DNA of 62,824 nucleotides, counting the filler, from Platydemus manokwari (Eukaryota): NCBI GenBank assembly GCA_037951405.1. It is 5 parts of 5 records of this genome, joined end to end, with 100 filler letters (N's around TTAATTAATTAA, not from the genome) between each part and the next. Parts side by side here need not be neighbours in the genome. Positions count along the whole stretch, not along the records: positions 43,688 to 53,780 come from JBBMOY011170434.1; positions 53,881 to 62,824 come from JBBMOY011324873.1; 3 more parts are not named here. One strand, 5' to 3'. Both the position numbers and the translations under genes were made by a program. Within the stretch, counting starts at the first letter, position 1. The number at the start of each line of letters is the position of its first letter. Below the pieces are notes generated by a model. It searched no databases, was not told the DNA's origin, and saw only the letters and a list, made by a program, of their open reading frames with translations. Positions 51,044 through 62,824 of this stretch are shown here, in pieces.

Positions 51044-52117
51044 ATGAAAAACAAAGAATTTAAATGTAAATTTGTTAAAAATACTCATGTAGAAGCAAAC
51101 TCTAAACATACTCCTAGAACAAATAACAAGTCTAATTCTGTTAATAAATATTTATATTCCGGTAATATTACTAGTAAAAATCAATTAATTAACTCATCGA
51201 ATAAAGAATTGTTTGATATATTAGAAAATTTTTCAAATCAAAACAATCCTTCGTTATTTGGAAGTCATAATTCAGTGTTTATTAATAAAGGTAATTCCAC
51301 AAAGCATGGTTTATTAAAAGAAATACTTGACATTGATTTGACAAAGAAACATGAAACGAGTAAATGTAATTCTAAAAGGTTGTTGAATAATAAAAATGTT
51401 TACCTTGTACAAAATATTGATAATTTAAAGAATACCAATACCAATGCCAAACATACAAGAGACAGGCCTTTGCCAAATAGTGATTTTAAAGAATCTTCTG
51501 TGAATTTTAATATGACCAAATTCAAATCTCACAAATTAGAAGAAATGGAAATTGAATGTGCCAATTTAGAAAGTAAAATTAATGCCTATAAAAAGGAACT
51601 ATTTGAAATGGAGCACTGTTTAATTTTAATGCGTACTGTTAAGGATAGTTTTCTAAATAACAATAAAATATCTTCGAAAGATAACTCGATTATTGCAAAA
51701 AATGCTACGAAATTTAATGAAACACCGCTAAAAAGTAAAGAAATGTTTAATGAAATATCAGACAAACCCACTAACGCAACTTATAGTTCAAGCCCTGGTA
51801 GTGAAAGCACAGTTGTGAGTTCCAGCTTCGCCAATGGTTATTCGTACAAATTGAACAGTTGTAGCAGCAATGATTTGTTGTCACTGTCAGATAAAACTCT
51901 ATCGTCCAAAAATAGCTCTGCAACATCCACAAATTTTGGCAATGAAAAGCAAAAATCCTTTTTCAAAAGATTGTGGTTTAATATGAAGTTGAATATCAAA
52001 CCCAAAAATAATCGTTCAAAAACAAAGAAAAAAAATTCAATCAAATCTAAAAATCAAACCGACCCATCCTCCCAAAGTCATTATTATACAGCAACTGATA
52101 ATGAAAACACAACATAA
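51044..52117 (+). CDS. Intronless orphan protein (~357 aa), Asn/Ser/Lys-rich with a central coiled-coil-like segment
   Basis: A 1.07-kb stop-free frame in very AT-rich DNA is unlikely by chance. First ATG at 51044. KLEEMEIECANLESKINAYKKELFEME has heptad character. AATAAA at ~52165. Confidence 0.7.
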   Translation: MKNKEFKCKFVKNTHVEANSKHTPRTNNKSNSVNKYLYSGNITSKNQLINSSNKELFDILENFSNQNNPSLFGSHNSVFINKGNSTKHGLLKEILDIDLTKKHETSKCNSKRLLNNKNVYLVQNIDNLKNTNTNAKHTRDRPLPNSDFKESSVNFNMTKFKSHKLEEMEIECANLESKINAYKKELFEMEHCLILMRTVKDSFLNNNKISSKDNSIIAKNATKFNETPLKSKEMFNEISDKPTNATYSSSPGSESTVVSSSFANGYSYKLNSCSSNDLLSLSDKTLSSKNSSATSTNFGNEKQKSFFKRLWFNMKLNIKPKNNRSKTKKKNSIKSKNQTDPSSQSHYYTATDNENTT

Positions 52118-52190
52118 AAATTAATTGAAACAACTTTTATTTATTACAATTAAATATACCTTGGAATAAACAATTTCATTTTAAGAAATG

Positions 52191-53657
52191 CTAAACATCC
52201 TCTCCGCAATTGAATCGTTGAAAATCTTCAATAATCATTGAATGTTCTTGCAAAAGATCTTTTATTTTTATATTTTCATCCATTAAGAACTGTTGATAAA
52301 TCAACACATCTTCATTATCAATGTCATTATTGGGCTTATCAATTTCTTCATTTCCTATTTTGACCGGGTTCATACCAACAATGTGTTGACAAATTCGTCT
52401 AGCTATTGTTGATCCGTTTTTCTTCCAAGTTTCTGTCATCTAGCAATGCATAATGTTATATTTTCAGTACTTACTAAAATCGTATAGTTATTTACTTTTA
52501 TGTCTATAGAGATCATGTTTTTAAAATAATTGTCATTGTTTAATCATTTCATTGAGTAAATAGCTTTTATTTTAATTTCTTAAAAACACGTATTAAAAAT
52601 TATAACTAGGTGATAAAATGGATATTGGAATGAAGCAGCTGCAGCTCAAATCGAAATATTAATAAACAAAGAAATTTAAACGAATGACGTAATGTATAAA
52701 TAATAGACCAATAAAATTCAAGTATTTATTTCAGACTTAGTATAAAATTATAACCGTCAATTCAACCTCATCGATCTTTATTTACAGTGTTAAAGATAGT
52801 ATTAAAAAGAACAAAATATTGCTTAGCAATTTAATATTATAAAAATTATTTCAATGGTAAAATTATCAGACTTCATTCAAAAATAATCTCTTTGATTTAC
52901 CTCGACGTTATTTGGACAATACTTCAAAACAACTCCATATTTTCCAAAATTTGTTTCCTTCCATTTCTTATTTATATCTTGCCACGACAAATGCGAATAA
53001 ATAGACAACTGAGAATTTGAATTGCTTTTAATACCTATTGCACGTTTTAATAACATATTTTCTCCTAGTGAACCGATGTTTACTGCTAATAAATTTTCTA
53101 ATGTTTCCTTTTCCCCTGAATCATTGTTGACATACAATAATCTTTTCAATTCTTCACTATTTAGTTTAACTGTATTAATCTCCTGAAGCTGGATAATAAT
53201 TAACAATTATTTTCCTTCCATACTTAAATGTAAATACTTCGCTAAAATGATTCATCAACGCTGACGTTGCTGTGTGAATTAATTTATGAAAATTTTGATT
53301 TCTGGCCACAAAATCAGTTTCGCAATTAATTTCAAGCATAACCCCACAAGAAGTATCTTTATTTATGGTGTCCAATTGGATACCAATCAAACCATTAGAC
53401 ATCGGACGGTCAGCTAATTTTCCCATTTTATTCCAACCATGTTTTTCGGCCTCTGATTTAAGCCAAGAATGTGCTTCATCAATATCATTATTAAATTTTA
53501 TTAGTGCTTCTTTACATTTTGAAAATGAAAATCCCGAAATTTTTCGCAATTTACTCAAGTCAGATTTGCTAACTGATGTATTACTCAATGAGACCACTGG
53601 TTGACATTTACTGATAAACTTAAATGCATTGAAATTTTTAAAGTAACAATTTAGCAT
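52191..53657 (-). CDS. TSFM: Mitochondrial elongation factor Ts; exons 53657-53238, 53188(or 53182)-52901, 52439-52191
   Basis: LSKLRKISGFSFSKCKEAL (UBA-like), EINCETDFVARN, GENMLLKRA, ICQHIVGMNP, FQRFNCGE; N-terminal transit-like peptide. Confidence 0.95.
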
Positions 53658-53780
53658 TTGAAAATGTGATTTAAAATATATATTTTTTAGAAAATTTAAA
53701 CATATCTTACAATTTCTAATACTTTGAAATAAGTATAAAAAATATGATAAATTTTGGGAGTTTAAAACTAGTCGCTTGTT

Positions 53781-53880
53781 NNNNNNNNNNNNNNNNNNNN
53801 NNNNNNNNNNNNNNNNNNNNNNNNTTAATTAATTAANNNNNNNNNNNNNNNNNNNNNNNNNNNNNNNNNNNNNNNNNNNN
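53781..53880. other. Artificial contig linker
   Basis: N44-TTAATTAATTAA-N44. Confidence 0.97.
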
Positions 53881-56800
53881 CTATTGGATTTCAAATTTAT
53901 TTTACAAATCCGCCTATATTAATAATTTTAATTTATTTTTGCCCACATTATTAATTTTATTATTATTTTTCATTTATTTTGTTCATTTTTACAAAAATAC
54001 AATTATTTTATAAAAAAATATAATTTTTGGCCATTAATTAATTTTTATTTTTTGAATTATAAATTTTATACAAAAACTTTTTACATGGTTTTTTACATAT
54101 GTTAAGTTTTGGGTCACTGCTTTTTATTTCTATTATTTCTTGTTGTTTGATTAGATAGAAATTTACTATTTGGTAAGGTCTCACCTTATATGAAGATAAG
54201 TGGAAGGATTTATTTCATTTGAACTTATATTATCTCAACGATGTTATTGATTTTACTATTATTCTCAATTTATTTAATAATGCATCAGAGTAACCTCTAA
54301 AGGTGATGAAATACTTAATGATGAATTTATGAATAATAAAAGCTAAATGCTTAATGAATGACAAAACTAATTTTTAAAAACAAAATATGTATTAAGGTTT
54401 AATATTACAAACAGAATACTTTTATACAAATATAAGTTTTAAGCTACTTATACGCACGTATTATTTTATTCGCTATATGCGATAACTTATTCTGCTTGAA
54501 ATTTCACAGATAAATTCACTGTATATTGTTTTAATGTGTGAATTTGGTATATGGTGATTTTAATGGTTTTAATTTTATTTTATGCATGCCGGGTTTTTTA
54601 TTGATTACGAAGATTATTAATTGCAGTTTATATTACATTTCTGTTGGTCGCAAAATCTGCCTGAATTTTCATAAAAATGTTTTACACTAAAATTTCATGC
54701 AATAATAAATTTATACATTAATACATGCAATTACTGTCTGATTAAAAAATTGTCTAAAGCATGAAAACCCATCACATAAAATTATCACAAAATATTTACA
54801 AATAAATCATATTTATGCAAAAAACCAGAGTTAAAATGAAAACTCAAAAGAATTACCTCAAAAATCACAATCTGATCGTTAATTGTCTTCATCGATGTCT
54901 ACCTTTCACTTGGGTCTTTGAAAGCTATGGTAGGAAGATTGAGACTGGGATTGTTGGAATTTGGGTCTTATATTCAGGTAGCCTGAAAACAGGAATTGAG
55001 ATAATCCCATTGAAAACATTGGTGAATGTTGAGATATTATTGACGTTGATCTGGCTTTGTAACATCGTTCAATATTTGTCTAAGGATTCATATTTTGTGA
55101 AAACTTTATAATTTTAATAAAAGTGTTTCATGTAATAATGTTTAGCTATAATAGTCGGTTGTAATCAACCCAATAAGTAAAAATCACAATTCCAAAATAA
55201 AAACCCTTCAATTTAAAAATAAAAGCATCAAATTTAAATCAAATGACAATTGTATTTTATTAAATGATCCATCCAATATGAATCTGAGATGACCAGAAAA
55301 TAAGAATGACATTAAATTATCCAGTCCAATTTCGTGAATAATTCAAGAAATTCGATTTTCAGAAGAGTAAAACTGTACAATCAGATCCAAACAATAGTGA
55401 TGGTACATCATTTTAAGAAACTACAAGGAGCAAATTTATATTCCTAAATCGTGCGTATCTGTGACTGTCAAATTATTGCAAAAGTTGATTTGAAGAAGTG
55501 CCAAGAAAGCTTCCATGCCTCCTTGTTTAAAAGTAAGACTGTCATTCAACCAAAATGAAACAAAGTAAAACTTATTTTATAAACCCGTTCATTACATATT
55601 AACTGTCGGCTTATGTGAGACCAGGTTCCTATATTCAGAAAGGACAAACTAATTCTAAACTCTTTCAAAATTAAGCGAGAAATTTAGCCAAGCTTTAATT
55701 GTGAATCTATTGTACTAACTTGCTGTATAATTGATTACTTTGCATATTTATTTATATTTGGTAACTCATTTACATATTTTTATCAAAGTATTTCTGTCTG
55801 CTACTCAATTTTAAAATACGACAACGAATAGAAGTAATAATTTATTGATTTTTGATAAAAAAAATTGTTATAAATAGAATCTCAGTATTGTTATGAAGAA
55901 ATTAAACGTATTCATAATTGATAATTCGATATATTTTTGTTCAAGTTGAGCTGTTGCAGCATAGACCCATTTAAAAATAAACCCATCTGAATCTTTGTAA
56001 ATAAATAATCTGTCAAAAATAAACCCAATGGAAGAATCCAACACTATAATTAATCAATTACCAGAGCTGCCAACAAATCCTTTAACAATTTAGTTGAGAC
56101 ACTCCGATCTGATGGACTCGTATTTCTTTCATATGGTACTAATTGTTTTTCACTATTTTTAGTTGTCATCGTTTCTACACATCCTAATCTAATCCTTGAA
56201 ATATTTGCGATGCGTAAAATTTTAAATACAGTGAAAACATCCGAAATCTTTCTACAGGTGTCCAGCCATATGCTTCAGTTATTCTATCGTATTCATTAAA
56301 AAATCGTCACATCCTTATTGTCTCCCATCATAGGGTTTTATTTGTAGGTACCCATTTTTATTAAATTCAAAACTAATTCACAATTGCCTCATTCATTTTG
56401 TTTGTTTATGCCTTTTTATTTGCGAATTAAGTTATTTCACTTTAGTTATCTAGTTGTTTTTAATTTCTATTATTATATACCCCAATTATTTCACTGTCTT
56501 TTTCAACGGTGCCTACTTTTTCAACATTATTTTCTAATTTCAAAATTGTCGAATTTTAGTCTTCACTTATTTCTAATAAATTACTACTACTGGGCTCTAT
56601 TGCCTCAAAAAAATTATTACTATGATTTTCTTTGCTGCTATTTTCTAAATCATTATCAATACTAGTATTTTCACATTCACTATCGTTTTCGATTTCAATA
56701 TTATCTTTTCTTTTGGTTAATCGTCTATTTATTTTTCCTAGACTTTCTAGTAAATTACTTTTATTTGAACTACGTAATTTCCTATCGGGTTTATCAAGTA

Positions 56801-58273
56801 TTGCACTTTTTCTACTCATATGCAAATTATGCTTCCCAACGCTTTTTGTGGAGTTAATTTCAACACTAAATTCGGGATCTAATTTATCAACTATCAATGC
56901 GGAATTCAATTTATTAAATTTTTGATCAACGCTCAATGGAGATTTTTATTTCGCCTAAATTTATCAACACGTGAAGTGAAATACAATTTATTGAAAGTAC
57001 CAGAACTGTTAAGTTATAAATTCTTAATTCAAAATAACACTTAGAGTGGGCTTAAATCTTCCAGAACTATCAGCATCTATTACAGGATTAAATTTATCTA
57101 TTTTATCAATTATCGCACGTTAACTATTTTTTGAATGCAGGAATCTTCTTTTTATTTATTTGCTTTGCCAGATTTGCAGCTTTCCATTTCACGCAGAAAT
57201 TTATCAAATGCGCATCACTAATTAATTTATCAAATTTATCTTTTTGGATATGTAGATCAGAAATAGCTTGTAATATTTTCTTTAGTTTCCAGTATCTTTT
57301 TACCATAAGTATTTATTTTGAAATTATTATTTTATTCGAAATTTTTGATTTAATTAATAGATGTCACAAATGTTATTTTTTCCACATTTAATTCATTAAT
57401 ATGTTCTGTATAATGTCCTGATTGGTTTAAATGTTTCTTACTATCAATTAGATATCAGTGAGTTAATATGGAATATAAAAATAATTATTATCGTTGTTTG
57501 CAATGTTTTAATAAATTTTAAAACTAAAAAGTAAAGGTAAATAACTATTACCTGCTAATACATTTATTTTCCCAATATTTAGTCTTGTATATCATGTTTC
57601 AAATAAATTATCATCTTTAAGTTCTAATGAATCATCATGTAATTGTTGATTGAAGTCATTTAAGACTTTTAATAATTGATTCTCATATCTCTGTTCTCCT
57701 CCAAATTTAAATATTTGATTTGACAATAAATTAATTGTTATTTAGTCTTCTAGATTTTTCTTACTTTTGATAATCTTTTGTCCATTTATATTTTTCTAAA
57801 AGAACATTAATAACTATTTGAACTTTAATATTTGAATACTCATTTAAGAATTCCAAAATTTTGTTAATTTCTTCCGTTTTATGTGAAATTGTACTACTAT
57901 TTGGTTTGGATATTTATGAATCTTATAAATTCGGGTTGGTGTACTTTCTTTCCTAATTAATTTTCTTATCAATAATAAAATTATAATTCTCTAAGAATTT
58001 TTGTTTATTATTTTCGAAGTTTCTTCTCGTTTCTTCAATTTTTTATTAACTTTATAAACAACAAATATTACAACACGTTTTAGATTTTTAGTAATATTTA
58101 AAACCTGCATTATTTTAAAATGTAATATCGCAAATTAGACATTTTAGCTCGCTCAAAGGTACTTCACTCATTTTAGTAGTATTTTATATACTTATTTTAA
58201 TATTAAAAAATAAACAGTTAGAATTATTACAAAATTTAATTACAAATTCAATAGATAAGCAAAAAAGTGTCAT

Positions 58274-58850
58274 CTATAATGGACACCCTTGTTTAATTCC
58301 TTTCACTAACTTAATACCCACAGTGGTTAGTGATTCAGATATGTGATAAGTGGAACCATCAATATAATAATTCCTAATCAGCTCAATCTTCCTTTCAGCA
58401 CAGCCCAATTTAATTTGCAGAGTTGTCCCAATCAATTCATGAGGTAATCTCGGGAAAGCTTCTCTAAAGTCAAGCCAAAGAAAATGACTATTAGCCCTTT
58501 TCATCTTATAAGACTCACTAATCGAAGAAAGACTGGCGTTATGTTTCGCTCAACCATCTTGCGACAGAAGTGCAATCAGATTTGTATAAATTAGATCACC
58601 CGCAATTATCCAACGTAGACTTCGGTTATTTAGTATAGTAGTAAATAATCGATAAGAGGTATCCATTAATGCAATGAGTCACCAAGATGTTCATCTTCCA
58701 GTGGTTTCAAAATAAGACTAGTCTTAAACTTCTTCCATCAACTGGGTGTCTTTTTCAAAAATATAATAAGATTATAATATTTGTTGGGGATCTGGGCCAT
58801 CTGGACAAATTACTGACAATCATTATGTGACAATTATCGACAATTTTATC
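58274..58850 (-). pseudogene. Decayed non-LTR retrotransposon reverse transcriptase fragment
   Basis: WKKFKTSLILK, W*LIALMDTSYRLFTTIL (RPI.L motif), WLDFREAF..LPHELI, GIKQGCPL; frameshifts and stops. Confidence 0.85.
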
Positions 58851-60049
58851 TTGATATGATTTGCATAAAAAACTATATAGTAGTTTTATGTTTCAGTATA
58901 GTAGTAATTTATATTTATATTTCAGCATAGCAGTAATTTATATTTGTGGATAAAAACAGTAATTTATATAAATGTATAATGCAGGAAATTTTTATAATTT
59001 TATTGTATGATTTTGGTTAAGACAAGATGAACAATGTTTTAGTAAATGTAACAAGGTATATTTGGAAACATTGTTTATAATTCGATACAATTTGAAAAAG
59101 ACTTTTTGTTACATTTCAGTTTTAACACATTTTAAAGTTGTATCGATTTTACCATTTTTAGTCAGTTTAATTATTTATGTGAAAGATCAAAGGATATTTA
59201 ATTTGAAACAATATATTAATAATTATATAAAATAATATTGATAATTTATATTAATACTTGGTTTTAGCTAAAAAAGGAAAATGGAAAAAAGAATATAAAA
59301 TAAATATTCTTAATAATAAAATCATATAGTTATAGTTAAATATTAAACATGAAAGGCAAATCATCGGGGAATTAAATAATATTGTAGCGAAATAAATCAT
59401 TAAAGCATAAAGAATAAATTTGATATACATAGAGGTTCAAAACATGAGAACCTGCCCATTAATATTTTGAAAACACTAGAAGAGATGACGTACAGAGTAT
59501 TGATAGAAGATTGCTCGTCAACAGTATATGCCATTTGCCAATATTCGATTTGCAATTACCAAGTATAGTAAGTTCGATTGTAAACAACTGATTTGTATCT
59601 ATAGTATTTTGTCGTTTATTATCCGACTTTAGAGCTGTGCTCACAAAACACTCTGAAGAAATTCAACCTGATTTTACTCCTAAAGTTGGATGTATTAACC
59701 GTCTTTTGATCTGGAATTGAGAGCTAGTCATGTATCAATTTTTATTAAATGTATACTGTTTTTTTAAATTTTATTTGTTGTTATATAATAAATATTTAGT
59801 GTAGCAGAATTTGAGTTTTTGATCGAGGATTGTTTTAAAGTAAGTGCAAAATATTGAGACTGATAAAATTAGAAAACCCTTTGGATCGTTGTTGCCAATT
59901 AATTATGTCATCAAATAGTTTCGATTGCGAGGTCAAAACAACAACAGTAAGGTTTTAAATATTGTACATTAGGCTTGATTAGAACTCATTTGAGACTGAT
60001 CAAAACAACGATGATCCACAATAATAACATTAATAAATTTGAGACTGAT

Positions 60050-60311
60050 TAAAACAAAAAATACAACAAGCCCGAAACACATCATATTTATGAATAAATG
60101 TAAACTTGGAGTAAATTTCTTTCCAATCACTATTCAACAGTTTTTTATTACCCAGAGCGGAATCAGAAGCATTTTTAAAAGCAGATTTTATCTTCTTAAC
60201 CGATATATGGTCAGTTGTGAAGACATCTTTGCAATATGGAAATACAATATCCAATTCTGGAAGTCCAGAATGATGGGTATAAATAAAATATCTACTAATA
60301 TCTTCAACCAT
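60050..60311 (-). pseudogene. Second non-LTR fragment (RT N-terminal extension)
   Basis: ISVKKIKSAFKNASDSALGNKKLLNSDWKEI resembles the I...EV..A.K....SAPGPD.I.Y..W motif. Confidence 0.45.
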
Positions 60312-62824
60312 AGTGAGTGAAGTCGGAACGGAAGGAGGTATTATACTCCTAAACCCTTTTTTCTGTACACCTTCAAATTCCTTTTTTGCAATTCAAATAC
60401 AGATTTAGGATTATCATTGACCATGAAACATGGGTAACGAACTTTTGCTCTAAGTGCCTCAGGATGTAAGACAAAGATTGCCCTACGACCACAATTCAAA
60501 ATCCGGGATACATTTGGATTAATATCATCACACCAAATCATAGCTTCTTTTAAAAAGGGATGTAAGATATCAGACAGAATCTTATCCAACTCAAGAACGA
60601 ACCTCTTAGATATTTGAATCAAGAATTAACTTGCAATAGAGAATCTTAAGAAGGAGATGGGAAACTGTGATTTTGTATATAATCAATCATGCACTTTTTC
60701 ACTTATAATCCACAGTCAAATGGAGTGAGCTGAAATGATACATTTTCAAGATAGAACTTAAGAAAGAAAGTTTAGAAACAAAAAGATGTTCCATTAATTT
60801 ATCCAAGAAATATACAATATTCAACTACAGCTCACGTTTAGCAGAATCTAGAAGAAAAGATTACTTTTTTACTATATTTGGAATATAACAAAGTCAATGA
60901 TTATTATTCTAATGGATAAGTCAAATTATTTTTTTCAAGCTCCTTATTTATTTATTATTTCTCGAGACAAAAAATATTCATAAAATACATTTATATTAGA
61001 ACTGGAGATGAATGGCAAGAGCAAGAAGTGGTAAAATGAAAGTAATCCCATTACTACCCGATAAGTGAAGTCGAACATAACCTTAAATTGTCGACCTACT
61101 GAGCCAATCACTACTCAGATCACCATCACCAACTTGTGGATCAATGAGAGTATCTATTGATAAAAGGTTATTCTGATTCGGTGCGATTACCTTATCAGAA
61201 CTAAGGGAAAGGTAGGGAGATTTAAAGTTTTGTAAATTACCTGAAAAACCATAATAACAGGCAATCCTAACACTAGAAATATCACCCAATTCATGAATTG
61301 AAGGAAAATGTCTCTTAATTTGTGTAATATTGGTACCAGCCAGTAGAGCAAAAGACTTTTTCTTCCCTTTACACGCAATACACTTAAATCGAGATATTGA
61401 ATTGTCGCTTAGAATAATTTTCTATTCTTCAGGTTCACAAGAGGCAGTGTTTGATGAGATAATGAGACACTCATCCAACTCACATCTCTATATCCTCCAA
61501 AGAGTTGTCAATCAATGACATTAATTTTAATATCTTGTTAATTGACAATGGAAAGGGGTGAATTGAAAGAAACTTTATCTTCCTCAGAATCTAAGTTAAT
61601 GTGAGTTAAATTGATTCCATTCTTAACCATCGATAGATCAAATTCATCAGAAGATAAAGTAACATCATCCATGTCTTTATCATCAGATATAATAGTAACG
61701 ATAGTGTGGAGATTAGAGAGTCAAATAAAGAATCAAAGAGTTTGTTGTCAAAATCATTTCCTAAATCTATCATGTTAAGATTAACAAACAACCAACTACT
61801 TCACTAACAAGACTATCTGACACTACATTCGATTTGTTTAAATATTCTGAATAATGTGGTTTTCAAATTAATACATTGTTATGGAATTGAATTATTTCTT
61901 TACTTAGCCAATTATCAATACTTTCTAAAATAATTGGGGGGTGGGGGGGGGTATTCCAATTTTGTTCTCTAAAGAATCTTCATTATTAATTTAAGCATAT
62001 TTAGCATATAAATATTATTTTCCTTGTTTATCATTGAACTAAATTCAAACATGTAATTATTTGTTACGAATGAAATTATAAATTTAAAATTTTCAGCTGT
62101 CTTTTAATAAATAAAGTCGTGGAACTACTCTAAATTCTTTAGTAATATCACTATTATTTGTGAGGAAATATATATATTAATAGAACTGTATCATCTTTTT
62201 TTAAAACTGACTGTAAAACATTTAAATACTTGATTTAATATGTAAAAAGTTACGCCATATCCTGGTAAAGATGTGGATTTATCAACTTTTATTTTACTCT
62301 ATAATAAAATCAACGAAATTTATTGAAATTTTCTTGTTTCAGTATCCTAATATGGGTCATGGTTGATATTTTATTATCTGAATCACCATCGGAGTCATAT
62401 ACAACATAAGTATAATAATCAAGTAATACTTTTTATAGCCATCATATGGAGATAAATATAAATCACTATTACTTTCATTTAGCAGATCACAAATATCAAT
62501 CATCCTTTGTAAAGATTCTATGTTCCATACACATACAAATATCTGGAACATATACACATAGAGAATAATTTTTAACCGGTTTTAAATTGGTGTAAATTGT
62601 ATTAATATCTAACACTATTTTCATATCTTCATCCCAATTATGGGAAATAAAACGGAAACATTACTTTTTAAATATATTGTTACAGTAATTTCTAGTTCCT
62701 TAAGAGCCATTGTTAAATAAATAACCTTTTAAAATAAACTTAAGACGAAATACCAAAGATGAAATATTAGGTCTTATATAATGTTAATGATATTTTTGAG
62801 AACCGAGTTTAAAGATTAGAAAAA

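Noticed and set aside
52731-52776. C/D-like motif (CGATGA...CTGA) in EF-Ts intron 2, minus strand
   Set aside because: Non-canonical box C, too short, no C'/D', and the rRNA-like AATTGACGG is sense rather than antisense.
54840-57400. Possible further decayed non-LTR element or gene (ORFs 56556-56936, 57124-57306)
   Set aside because: Only faint motif resemblance; no alignable domain that I can support.
60341-62557. Broken minus-strand ORFs, including a WNIESL motif resembling an APE endonuclease start
   Set aside because: Similarity is too weak and fragmentary to call.

Overview
Very AT-rich animal (metazoan) genomic DNA. It consists of five contigs joined by artificial 100-nt linkers (N44-TTAATTAATTAA-N44), so adjacency across the linkers is not biological evidence. 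Recognisable spliced genes: the 3' part of an Nck/Dock SH3-SH2 adaptor (-), the 5' part of a PRPP-synthetase-associated protein (PRPSAP, -), a Y-box cold-shock protein (+) and mitochondrial EF-Ts (-). There are also two orphan ORFs. Many introns are only 42-55 nt, which fits a compact invertebrate genome (an orthonectid such as Intoshia is one possibility, not established). The main non-coding finding is a spliced, apparently non-coding host transcript between the Y-box gene and an orphan ORF. Each of its three ~150-nt introns carries one copy of a very small (51-53 nt) box C/D snoRNA whose D' guide matches the 28S rRNA site methylated by human SNORD52/yeast snR78. The mobile DNA includes a complete 2.2-kb short-LTR Gypsy-like element and a diverged relative, both with gag-knuckle/protease/integrase but no reverse transcriptase. 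It also includes piggyBac-like, Merlin-like and Tc2/pogo-like MITEs and decayed non-LTR RT fragments.
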